From the NCBI RefSeq assembly GCF_000315625.1, contig NW_005434643.1, forward strand, positions 423,965 through 464,094: DNA of 40,130 nt, written 5' to 3'. Source of the DNA: Guillardia theta CCMP2712 (lineage: Eukaryota; Protista; Cryptophyta). Shown here one piece after another: positions 27,701 through 38,899 of this stretch; the first letter of the stretch is position 1; every line of letters begins with the position of its first letter. A model generated the notes under the pieces. It ran no database searches and was not told the origin of the DNA. It saw only the letters and a program-made list of their open reading frames with translations. The position numbers were made by a program, and so were the translations under genes.

Positions 27701-29386
27701 AGATGGAGGAACGAGCAAGAGCGACGGAGGTGGAGGCGGAGGAAGAAGAGGAGGAGGATGAGGAGGAGTGGGGGAAAGCGAGTTTGTTTTCTTCACCTCC
27801 TTCAAGAAATTGAAATCGACGATCGCAAGATACTGAAGATGCAGCACACTTGCAGCGAGCATGCAAGTGCCCAGCTCAAGCTGACTCTGAGAGTCAAGGA
27901 GTCACGTCCTGCATCGAGGAGGGGACGGGGAGTAGAGGAGGGAGGAGGCGAGAAGGAGGATGAGGACGAGTACGAGAGCAGGCAGAACAGGAAGCGCAAG
28001 AGAAACAGAAGGAAGTGGAGTAGGAAGAAGTCAAGGAGGACGAGGAGAACAAGGAAGAAGAGGAGGGCCAAAAGAAAGAGCAGCAAGAGCAAGAGCAAGA
28101 GCAAGAGTAGGAGGACAAGAAGTTGAACGTCTACTTGGAAGAGTGCGACAGAGTCTAGTCCGCAGCACAACAAGATGCTGTCCGCAAGGATCATCTTGAA
28201 ATTCATGGCGTCCCATGCCAGGAAGTCCACTTTGCGCGTCCCGACCTGATGAAAGCAAACAAGGAATGAGCGAAGAGGTGAACAAGAGAGGAGAGTAAGG
28301 AGAGGGGAGGAGAGGAGAGGAGAGGAGAGGAGAGGAGAGGAGAGGAGAGGAGAGGAGAGGAGAGGAGAGGAGAGGAGAGGAGAGGAGAGGATAACGGAGG
28401 GAAGGGGAGGAGACAGCAGAAGAGAAGAGAAGAGAAGGGGTTTGACGCCGAAGGGAACAACAATCGTTCCAAACGCACTCTTGTCTCAACACACACTCTG
28501 GTCTGTATTTCATCATTCTCACTTTGCTGACGCTCTTGACAAACTTTGCTCTCCGCAGGGATTGAAGATATTGAAGATCGTTGATAGTGATAAAGTTGCT
28601 CTCCTACAAACGCATTGTAAGTCAGCACGGCGAAATTCACGACATGGCTGGAGGGAGCAGGAGGAGGGAACATGAAGGGGAGAGGAAGCAAAATGAAGTG
28701 TCTCTGGAAAATTCAGAAGATTGAAGGTACACTGCTTGTTGAGTTGGGAAAAGTGAAAAAGAGTTGAGACGATCAAGATGAAAGGTTATGATGATAGCGA
28801 TGATTGCAATGTCGATCACGACGATGATGCCAAGACTCACAGTCTTGCATGCGTTTGTGAAGATGATCTGCAAGAAAACATCTCAACAAGCATTCTCTTG
28901 AACCTCTCCGTCTTCCTCCCTCCACACTCTTCTCATCCTGTTTGTACCTTGAGGTGCCGGGGGTTGGAGTCGTACGGTCGCAGATAGTGCATCATGTCAA
29001 CGTATTCCTTCCAGCCGATCTTCCCCTCGTTGTTCACATCCAGCAGCTGGAAGGCCTCCTGCTCCCCAAGACGAAGTCACGAGCATACATAGTGGAAGAC
29101 GATGAGAGCGGCGGAAGGGACCTCCAAAAACTCCTGCTCTCGTCCTCCTCCATCTCCTCCTACTGCTTTCTGGCGCTGCTGCTGCTCCTCCTCCTCATCC
29201 TCCTCCTCCTTGTCCTCATCCTCCTCCTCCTAGTCCTCATCCTCCTCCTCCTTGTCCTCATCATCTTCCTTCGTGTCCTCCTTCTCCTCCTCCTCCTCCT
29301 CCTCCTCCTCCTCCTCCTCCTCCTCCTCCTCCTCCTCCTCCTGCTCCTCCTCCTCCTCCTCCTCCTCCTCCTCCTCCTCCTCCTCC

Positions 29387-29453
<67 letters not shown>

Positions 29454-32340
29454 CATCCTCCACATCCTCCACATCCTACTCCTTCTCCTTCTCGTCCTCC
29501 TCTATTCCACTCAGTAATATATTGCTCCTCTTCAAGCTCATCCTGNNNNNNNNNNNNNNNNNNNNNNNNNNNNNNNNNNNNNNNNNNNNNNNNNNNNNNN
29601 NNNNNNNNNNNNNNNNNNNNNNNNNNNNNNNNNNNNNNNNNNNNNGATGCTCCCTGCGACATCCTCGATCATCATCACTACCTCGGGATCAAGACCATAA
29701 GGAGGGAAGTTCTGAAGTGGCTGCAGCAGCTGAACCTCCACCAGTACCTCAGCAGGACGTCAGCTCAGCCTCCTGCCTCTCACACACTCGCTCACCGTCC
29801 TTGCAGGTTTGAGTTCGCCGACCTCTCGCGCCTGCGCCTGTCGCTGATTGAAGATCCTTCTCCTCCCTCCTCCTCCCTCCTCCTCCTCCTCCTCCTCCTC
29901 CTCCTCCTCCTCCTCTTCAAACACCCCAACTTCATTATTGTCCCTGCTCCTGCCTCCCCCCCTCAATCCCCAAGCTTCTCCACTCCAGCCTCCCTCCCCC
30001 TCTCCTCTTCTCCTTGCCGACCTCAATCGTTTTATCTCGCTCCTCCTTCTGTGCCGTGAGATCTTTGTCGCTCTCTTCGCCGTAGAGGTCTCCGACCTGA
30101 CCAGCAACGTCAGACAAGCCCTTCACACCTCAAGCCCCTGCCCCTGTCCCCGCTCTTGCTCGTGCTCTTGCTTCTGCTCCTGATCCTGCGCCTGCGTCTG
30201 CGCCTGCGCCTGCGCCTGCACATTCTTTCTTTTCCCCCTGGACCTCTCCTCGCTTCCCTCCCTCTCCTCCTCTCTCTTCAGATTCTCCAGTTGTGCGAAG
30301 AGCTTCATCGTATCCTGCACTTGCGACTCACCATTCCGAGCACCATGGACATGAGGTAGAAGCCAACGAAAGTGATAAAGACCTGTTTTCTTGTCAGAGA
30401 ACTCGCCAGGCAAGGTTCCTCGCTCACCCCGAACAGCAGGAGGGAGGCAGGGTGATGACGGAAAGTCTGTGATGAATCAGAACGGTCGCAGGAGACTTAT
30501 TCCCTGCTTCGACTTCCACAACTCACTTGAACGACGACCGGGTCAAAGTTGTCAAGGGTGCTGAGCATGAACAGGAGACGATATGTCGGGAGAATGTGCG
30601 ACATGCTGGATCGAGAGCGGTCAGTACCTGCCTGTCCACTCCTCCGCCCAATCACGCCTCCTGCTACTTTCTCCATCCTTCCTCCTCCTATCTGTCCTCC
30701 TTCAACTCCTCCTTCCGGTCCTCAAGTCTCTTCTCCTCTTCTTTCCATATCTGTTCCACTCCTTCCGCCCTTCACCAACCTGTCTCCTTCAAGATCCAGC
30801 TGTTGGTCTTCTGGAAGAGCTCCTGTCCAGCAAACGCGACATATCACGTCAGCGAGGTCAGAGTCAGCTCCCTGCTGTCGCTACCGTAGAGCCTGACACA
30901 GATAGCACCGAAGATGGAAAGGAAGCCGATCCATGGGCCGGAGAAGCTACTTGCAGTCAGAGGAGTACGTGAACCTTCCCCTCACCTTGTGGCCAACTTG
31001 ACGCACATGACCGGGAGGAAAGAGGCGAGGAAGCGAACTTCGGGTAGCTAGAAGGCGCAGGGTCAACCGTGTCATTCGCAAAATGAGGATTTCAAGTCAT
31101 TCAATGTTGCTGGTTCATGGATTGCAACAGATTTCATGATTTGCACCGATAAGATATCGAACGAACAGAAGTGAAGCTCGTTGCTGACCTTGCTTGTGAT
31201 GTACACGAGACGGAAAGGCCTTGAAAACCGGAGTCCACAGATCTGATTGATGAAGAGATAGTAGTCGAGCTAGCAACAACCGTCACTGCCCGCACAGCGA
31301 AGAGCAGACCGGTCGCACAATGAACAGGACGACGATCAGTGTGTGAATGTAATGCCAACCCCTCTCCTGCAAGATTTCTCAGATGTCACATGGCAGGTTA
31401 CATCAGGGCACATACCCCGGGCTTCAGACCACAGTGAGAGGACCAGATGATCTTCATGGAGATGTCCATGGTGTATATCACGATGCAGGCGAACTCTACT
31501 CTCATGACCTGACCAAGCCATAAGTGCATGCGCCATCTCTTCGTCGAAGCAGCAGGGAGCGCAGGAAAGCACATCGTTCATGCTACCATGAGAGAGTCGA
31601 GGTGTTGGAAGTTCCAGGAAGTAAGATGGTTGGCTGTGAGGAGGGGAAACGGGTCAGACAACCCTTGCAGCCCAGCTGACAGAGATGGTCGATTCTCAAC
31701 TCACGTGATTCCCAGAAGATGGTAAGAGAGTGACAGAAGCAGGCCACGAGCACTGCATACTCCCACCACTTGTTCGAGTACAACTAGCAAGCAGAGCTCT
31801 CAGGGCCGGGGCATCACAAAACACGGATCTCTTACAAGGAAAACCGCCTGTCTCCAGACCGGGGCATCTAGCAGGGAGAACAGTCCATACTTACCTCGCC
31901 CTGTAGCGAACACAACTCAAACGACAGGCTCGCATCACAACAGCACTTTGCGCAATAGCGCAAGAGCATAGCAAATGATATCATGAGGGAATGTCTCCGT
32001 CCTCACAATCATTTCGGGGGAGAAAACCTCTTAGCAGAAAAGATTCGTTGCAAACAGTCAACTTCGTCATGTTCTTTCGTCTATTCGTCACACATTTCCA
32101 AGACATCGCCTGCATGTCGAGACACCCTCGGACATTCTCTAGGTCAAATATACGGCCAGAGGCAACAAAACATGGCAGAGCGTCATCATGCACCATGGAG
32201 GAGAAGAGCTTCGCACAAGGAAGCGGAAGTAGCAGGCGGAGCTGCTAGGAAGCATGCTTAGCCATCAGTCGCTCTGCCTCACCTTTGAACGCATCTTCCA
32301 GCAAGACGCACCCTCGACGGATCCGCTCCCTCCGCTCCAT
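24743..32340 (-). CDS. TPC: Two-pore channel-like protein (2 x 6TM with linker EF-hand); spans the assembly gap
   Basis: N-terminal GCVLLEDAFKG; IS1 WWEYAVLVACFCHSLTIFWE; IS2 VEFACIVIYTMDISMKII; IS5 FLSIFGAICVRLYG; pore I LLFMLSTLDNFDPV; IS6 LLFG|VFITFVGFYLMSMVLGM|VGDLY; EF-hand AFQLLDVNNEGKIGWKEY; IIS3 WRMIDCFVLV; IIS5 VFAFCCIGMELL; pore II NFNTASSGLFSTFLLFVEDWNG; IIS6 YFMMGYVIMGIGLCNLLTNL|VVEF. Confidence 0.85.
27152..27230. repeat. (GAGAAG)n intronic polypurine microsatellite
   Basis: Direct inspection. Confidence 0.9.
28307..28390. repeat. (GGAGA)n intronic polypurine microsatellite
   Basis: Direct inspection. Confidence 0.9.
29185..29477. repeat. Compound (CTC)n(ATC)n intronic microsatellite
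   Basis: Direct inspection; source of the spurious poly-E/D, poly-S and poly-L ORFs. Confidence 0.9.
29546..29645. other. Assembly gap (100 N)
   Basis: Run of N inside the TPC linker region. Confidence 1.
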
Positions 32341-32763
32341 GTTAGGTCGCGCTTTGATCCCCCACCCCACCCCCTTGTCTTGAGCTTTTGACTTCGAGAG
32401 AGGCTGAAGGATGGGGTCGTAGTAGGCATGGAGGGGGTGAGGGTACCCCAACCCCGTTTGACGCCCCCACCAGACTGTGACTTTGACCCACGTATTGACA
32501 GACCTCAAATTTGATGCTCAAACATTTGAATTATCTCCAAGTAATTTCAAATCTGTCTTAAAAATCAACTCTACCACAACTGGAAGCCAGTTCACCGCCC
32601 GACAAAACTGGTTCCATGCACCCTCACCCCTTTCCTCGCCGCCGCCTGCTCCTCCTGGCCAGTAGCACCAGCGAGGTTCTCTTGTCCATGCCAAGTTGTA
32701 CTGGCATGTCAAGACCAGTGACCCCCTGACGAACAACGAACAAACAAACAAGATCACGACACG

Positions 32764-33474
32764 ATGTTGACTATGATTTATGCGAGAGCACTCGGAGAGA
32801 CTGAATACCAGCGCAATGAAATTGCAAGGCTGGCCCAAGTGAAGGAGATTATCAGTGAACTGAAGGGCAATGAACATGCAAGGCTGATTGAAGAGATTGA
32901 AGCTATCCGTGAAGAGAAGAACAATCAAATCGTAAGGCTGACAAACATGTACAGAAGACGGGAGATATCCCGTGAGGATCTCTACTCAACACGTATGGCT
33001 CGACTCTCTGAAAGATTAGCCTGCCTCGAAGCAGAACGCGTTGCAACTCTGAACAATAGGGATTTGATCGAGATCGGCATGCTACGAATCCACCGCAATA
33101 TAAGCATACGCAAAGGCATCAGGAAAACTGTACGCAATCACCTACTGATGGGCAAGGACTCTTTAAGCCTGAGCAATCATTCAAAACAAGTGTGCCAGGA
33201 CCTGGCCCAGTACGACTTTGGTCTAGATGAGAGGTCAGTTGCAGAAGCACTGACGAACCTGATGCTCGAGATCTCAACATCGCTCCATGGCCAAGTCTTT
33301 CTACTAAACGAACCGCCAGGGTGCTATGTAGGAGGATCGCCACCGTTTGCGAATGATCCGATGGTCTATCTGGTGGATGGATCGAAGAAGCAGAGGTGTA
33401 CACTTCATCAAGGTAAGGTTTTACCACTGGTTGCCCCCACCTGGGCTTTTGAAGCCTCGAAGCCGGAGGAATGA
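32764..33474 (+). CDS. Hypothetical protein, 236 aa, intronless, N-terminal coiled coil
   Basis: Uninterrupted 711-bp ORF of non-repetitive composition with an E/R/K-rich helical N-terminal half. No family recognised. Confidence 0.55.
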   Translation: MLTMIYARALGETEYQRNEIARLAQVKEIISELKGNEHARLIEEIEAIREEKNNQIVRLTNMYRRREISREDLYSTRMARLSERLACLEAERVATLNNRDLIEIGMLRIHRNISIRKGIRKTVRNHLLMGKDSLSLSNHSKQVCQDLAQYDFGLDERSVAEALTNLMLEISTSLHGQVFLLNEPPGCYVGGSPPFANDPMVYLVDGSKKQRCTLHQGKVLPLVAPTWAFEASKPEE

Positions 33475-34239
33475 GTGGAAGGATGTGATGGGTAAAAGGA
33501 TCGAGGGGAGGGCATCGAGTGTGTTTGGAAGATGAAACGTTACCCTTTGGCGCGCTCAGCACATTCCTCCAATATGCCTGATGTGTCAGCTTACAGCGTA
33601 GCAATCAGTTACCGCGCTGACTTATGATGGTTGCCTTGATGGACACCCACAGGTACTTGGGGTGATAGCTCCTTGGCGCAGCTTGATGCTGTCGCGGTAT
33701 GACAACGACTGGCTCCCATCGCCCGCGGCCCGATCTATTCGGGACGTCTGGCAGTGCGCTTCAAGTTTTATCCCAGCCCAGCAGCATGTGTGCCCGCGGC
33801 CCCATCCCTCCTGCAGTGTCTTCGTTTCCTCAGTATTCGAGCCAAACTTTTCGAGCGTCAGCGATTCCTGTTGGCACACCACTCCAGCTTCTCTCAGTGC
33901 TCAACGTTGAGTAGCAGAGACTGAGGCAACCCGGTTGATGAACTTCTGTCTCAGTTCACCCCTCAGTGCAAGGTGACCTCAGAAGTTAGTACGGTAGTAG
34001 CCGGGCACCGCAGCCCTTTTGAATCGACTACTAAAGAAGGCCCGTGGCCAATCATCGCCGCGCGAGGTCCGATCCTCACAGGCTCCTACCGACGGATGCC
34101 GCCCGGTACGGTAGGCCTTTCAGTCGCCGGACGGCATGACTCGCCGCGCCTTGCCAAGCCTTGGTGGCACCGTGACCGTACCGTCCGATCACAGTGACCG
34201 TCCGATCACCGTCACGACCGCCGTACTACTGTTCGATCG

Positions 34240-34316
34240 GACAGTGTCAGGGTCAAGCCTCCTCGACTCTCCTGATTGTCCTCGTACTGCTTTTTAACTT
34301 AACTTTGAGTAAAGGA
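34240..34316 (+). repeat. Dispersed upstream element, copy B (most compact)
   Basis: GACAGTGTCAGGGTCAAGCCTCCTCGACTCTCCTGATTGTCCTCGTACTGCTTTTTAACTTAACTTTGAGTAAAGGA; matches 15838-15926 (-) and partly 4720-4787. Confidence 0.9.
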
Positions 34317-34703
34317 GTACGGTCGGACACTGGTCACCGGGTCCCGGCAATGCGGCACCGTGAGGCGGGCCGGGCGCCGCCGGGGGCCCGGCCCCGCTGA
34401 CAGTGACGGTGAGGGGCTTCGGAACTCGGAAGTCGGAGTACTGCCCGGTCACCGGTTTCAGTGAGTGCGGCGCCCGGGGCCCGGCCCGGCCCCGCCTCTG
34501 AGGCTCCGAGGCTCGGCGGCGAGCTCGCCGCCCCGGCGGAGACCCCGGGCCGGGCGGTCCGACTCTCAGTCACCGGGCCCCGGGCACAGGACTCCGGGAG
34601 TCAGAAGACCGTACCTTGCAGGGTATTTGATGTGGGTAGGAGTAGAGGACTCAGGGATTAGAGGGTAGTAGGGTGGGGGGTGGCAGAAGATATAAGGCGG
34701 AAC

Positions 34704-37250
34704 ATGGCAATGCAGTATGTTATGCTGGCGGCGCTCGTCGCGAGCTCGTCAGCGTTCATGAGCTCGACGATGAGCAGTAGACTGACGGCGAAGAGAGTAT
34801 GGACGAACAAGGCCTCCTATAGGGTGAACGCCCCTGCTGCGCGGAAAGCAGCCGTGCCATTGAGGATGGGTAAGTGACCTTTGTCTTTCCCTGCCATCGT
34901 CCTTTGCGGACAGTCCTGCTCCTCTATTGCCGCCAGCGACCTGACTGACATTGCATCTGTAAAGCTTCCTCTACCGATGCGCAGTACGGCAAGTCCTTCG
35001 TCGTGGATGCGGCGGAGGAGCACACTGCTACAGTGATCTGGCTGCACGGACTAGGAGACTCGGGGAAGGAGTGGACGAAGCTTGCTTCAGCCATCTCCGT
35101 TCCCTGGGCGAAGTTTGTGTTTCCAACAGCGTCAAGACAGCCATCCACCATCTGCGGTGAGAAAGCGAAGCTCCTTGCAAAAGGCCCTGACGTGTTGGTG
35201 GGGAGCAGAGGGAGCGACTATGAACTCTTGGTATGACATTACGGGGCTGGGGGTCAAGGAGCTCAGATCGGACGTGGAGGGGATACAGAAAAGCATTGAC
35301 CACATTCACTCGCTTGTGAAGGCAGAGATTGAGTCCGGTACCCCCAGGTTCTGCCCCTTTCTTTACTTTCCACTTACCCACCTGCGTGGCCTCTGTCCCT
35401 CCTCCCCCTCTCTCTGAACCCCCCCCCAACACCCACCCCCACACCTTCCAGCTTTCCTTTCTCCTCTCCTTCTTCCCTCTCCCTTCCTTGCTGCGAGATA
35501 TCGGTATGTCCGTCTTGGAACGTCCTCACTGTATTTGTAGCGAGCGAATTATCTTGGGAGGATTCTCACAGGGAGGGTGTGTTGCGATCGCGGCCGCCAT
35601 GAAGTTTGAGCAAGAGCTAGGAGGAGTCATGGCTGTAAGCTCGTGGTATCCTCGTGGAGTTGCCGACCAACCCACTCCAGGCAAGCCGTCTGCCTGCTCC
35701 TCCAGCTCCTGCTGTTGCTCCTGTTCTTGTTCCTGCACCGCCTCGAACAACATTTCCCATCCTCTCCTTCTCGTTTCCGTTCGTCTCCTCCTCTCGCAGC
35801 TTGCCCTTCCTCTTCTGACGCCTTGGCAGCAAACAAGAAGCTGCCGGTCATGCTCTGCCACGGAGAGGTCGATCCCATTGCCAAGGTTGAGTGGAGCAGG
35901 AAGGCATTCGAATACCTCCTAGACATGGATATGCCGGCGGAGGGGAACGTCTACCCTGGGGTTGGGCACGAGTTCACCCCCGCGGAAGTGACGGACATGA
36001 AGGAGTTCATCCAGAGGAACTGCCCCCCGACCTTCACCGTGAAGCTTCAGAAGCCCCTGGGCGCTGTGATGGAAGAGGCGGAGTACCCGCAGGGGGCGGT
36101 GAAGATCGGGTCTCTCAAGGAGGGAGGAAACGCGGAGACGAGCGGCAAGCTGCAGGTGGGCGATCAGATCGTCCGGATCAACGGCAAGCTAGTCCGCACC
36201 GAGGGCTTCGACAGGGTCATGGAGACCCTGGTCGCTGCTGAGGGCGAGGTGGAGCTGAAGATGGTGAGGCCGATCCCCGACAGAGACGCAGACTGGGCGA
36301 GTCTGTCAGGGGAGGAGCAGGAGAGGCGGTACAAGGACGCTGGCGGGGTGATCAAGGTGTGTAGCGACGGCCCGTGCAGCAAGCAGGGGGCCAAGAACGT
36401 GATCCGATGGCTCAAGGAGCTCACGCCGGTAGGGAAAGCCAGCGGCATGCTCCCTCCTCCCTCAGCTCTTCTGCTCCCTGACCCCCACGAAAGTGTTTCG
36501 CTCACTCGCTCGCTCGCTCGCTTCTTCTCCTTTCCTCTCCTGCCCTACTTCCCTGCTCCGCTCCCCTCTTCTTCTGCACTTCGCTCTTACTTCCCTGTCC
36601 TCTGCACTCGCCTCCTCTTCCAACTGCTCCTTGCTCTTCTATGCTGCCTTGTCACGTTTCCTTCCAGCCCGAGTTAAGCGTCACTCGATGCGGATGTACC
36701 GGCAACTGCGGCAACGGGCCCAACCTCGTCATCGGAGGCAAGGGAAAGGATGACCGGGTACTCTACGGGGTCAACACAGTTGGAAAGGCAGTGAAGATGC
36801 TTCGGGAGGAATATCAGATCCAGGTATCCGAAGTTGCTGCTGCTGCTGACAATGATGATGATGATGATGACGATGGAGAATGATGATGATGATGATGATG
36901 ATGAAAGTGAAGTGGTAGCACAAGTGATTGCTTTGACCATTTCAACGCTAAGAATGGAGGAGAAGCTCTCGCTGCTTCATGATGGAGCTAACAATCATTC
37001 TGACAGACGGACCCTGTTGTTGTTCAAAGAATCCTCAACCCCTCCAAGATTGCCGAGTTTGGAATTTCCGACGAGCTTGTCAGGCAGGTATGACATCAGA
37101 GTATTACCACATTCCCCCCCTTCCCTTCTCCTCGCTGCTCCCTTCTCCTCCCTTCCTCTTCCTATCTCTTCTTTCGTCTCATTTTCTCTCTCTCAGGGAA
37201 TTCTTGCAAGCGTCACTATCCGCGGGTCTTTCGAGACCAACCGCTTCTGA
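34704..37250 (+). CDS. Predicted plastid-targeted acyl-protein thioesterase/carboxylesterase + PDZ + thioredoxin-like [2Fe-2S] ferredoxin fusion
   Basis: Leader MAMQYVMLAALVASSSA-F plus an S/T/R-rich transit-like stretch. Esterase motifs IWLHGLGDSG, FVFPTA, MNSWYDI, GGFSQGG, HGEVD, YPGVGH. PDZ FTVKLQKPLG..GGNAETSGKLQVGDQIVRING..VELKMVR. Fe-S motif IKVCSDGPC..|..RCGCTGNCGNGPN. Final exons TDPVVVQR..|GILASVTIRGSFETNRF*. Confidence 0.88.
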
Positions 37251-37637
37251 TCCTATAGGACGGCTTAGAAACTTCCGATCTCTTAGTAAATCTCATGTGA
37301 TGATCCGGACCCACCCTCAGGTGTGCCTTGGCGACTCCCGGACGTTCAGTGTCAGGCCCGGACCTGCCAGCTCCCGGAGTACTACCGGCGGTCCGACTCC
37401 AGGCCATGACGGTGTCGGCATCCGAGATCAAGGAGGCAACGGACAGTATGCGCGAGTAGAGTCAGAGGGTCGGGGTGTAGTCAAGCTTCATGGAATACCA
37501 AGGGAACCACCAGACTCAACTCATGTCAACCTCCCCGCGCCTTCAACAGCTCAGCAACCACGCAGCGTGCACCTGTGTCATCTTGTCGCATGTGCCGTCG
37601 GGAGGCTGGCGTTAGCCCATACTGTGCTGGTCTCCAT

Positions 37638-38739
37638 TCACGCATGCCCTCGCAGGTCAACGACCACAATTGTGATGTTGTCTTCGCGTCGATCGATGAG
37701 CTTCTGCAACTCTTCTGCCGGATCCTCTTCTTCCGTCAGGGTGTCGAGACGCCGAGCCACAGCTTCGTTTGTCACGGTTGCCCATAATCCGTCGCTGGCA
37801 ATCACCAGAAACTTGTGCTGCTTCGTGAGCAAGAGCTCCTTTATCTCAGGGTCTGGTATGATGCAATCATCTATGGGCATCCAAGTCTTGTGGCGTAATC
37901 GTGCTTTTGCTTGAGACTTCTGTCGCCTATGCATCGAGACATGGCGAGCCCTCTGACTCGGTTGATGGACCTTCCGTTGATTGTATAGCTTTCAATCGCC
38001 TTGTCGTTGGCTTCGATGCGCTTCCGTTCCTCGGGCTCAGACGGGTCGTGATCAGTGCTCATTGGCATGGGCTCTCCCTCACCGCAGATGATCGCCCGGC
38101 AGTCTCCAGCATTCGCCACGAAGAGACGATCTCCATCGATCACTGCCAGGATTGCTGAGCTGCCATCGTCCCAAGGCTGTGCTAGCGCTCTCTTCTCGGC
38201 CTCAAGGAAGCTGCTTGTCAGGCTGGCTCCCAATGCGCTGTCTTGAGGGCCCGAACTCTGCATGATCTGGTCCCTCAGTATCCCTACGATCTCTGTGCTC
38301 AGCAGCTTGGCAGCGCGATCACCAGAGTGTCCGTCGAAAACCCCGACACGTGTTTGTCGTTGTGGAAGCTAAACTGCGCCACATGCGTATCCTCCATGTC
38401 GAGCCTGTCGCCCCGATCTTCATAAATCCAAAAGCGAGGCAGTGGCCTGCTGCCTTGGCCCGAGTTTGTGGCGGCTGTGGGCTCTGAGGAGATGGCGATG
38501 TTCTGCTCGTCTCTTACCTCTGACTTCAATCCTGAGTCTTCCTGACTCACAGGTGCCCTCACGTCGTCAAGTTGGCTGAGGTCATTTGACTTCGAAAGAG
38601 GACAATCTTCTTGCTCCTGGAAACATCCAATCAACAAATCAAGTCGGCAATCTCTCATCAGCAAACACAGCAAACTGAGTACAAGAGGCTCGCTGCACAG
38701 GCAACATGTGCGTGCGCGACAGAGAGCATCGTGTACCAT
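37638..38739 (-). CDS. Protein phosphatase 2C (PPM) with an apparent frameshift (possible pseudogene or assembly error)
   Basis: RGDRLDMEDTH, (V)GVFDGHSG, DGSSA, LFVANAGDCRA, STDHDP..EERKRIE, LAMSRCIGD, PDPEI, FLVIASDGLW and EDNITIVVV. The motifs are spread over three frames with breaks near 38346 and at 37871-37917. Confidence 0.88.
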
Positions 38740-38899
38740 GTAGTAGCCCTGAGTGCCGAAAAAGGCTGGTAGGATTGGCCGCGGAGAGGAAAACCAGGTA
38801 GCTGTGACTGTCAGATGCTGAGTAAAAATCTCGGCTGAGGTTGGTCGGGGATGAGGGGCCCGGCCTATCCGATTGAATGGCCGCCGCGGTGAGAAGCTC

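Noticed and set aside
33560-33970. Small minus-strand gene downstream of the orphan ORF
   Set aside because: Some splice-like signals, but no start, coherent frame or domain could be established.
36979-37914. 311-aa + strand ORF
   Set aside because: A composite of an off-frame exon and intron of the esterase gene, its 3' region and the PP2C antisense strand.
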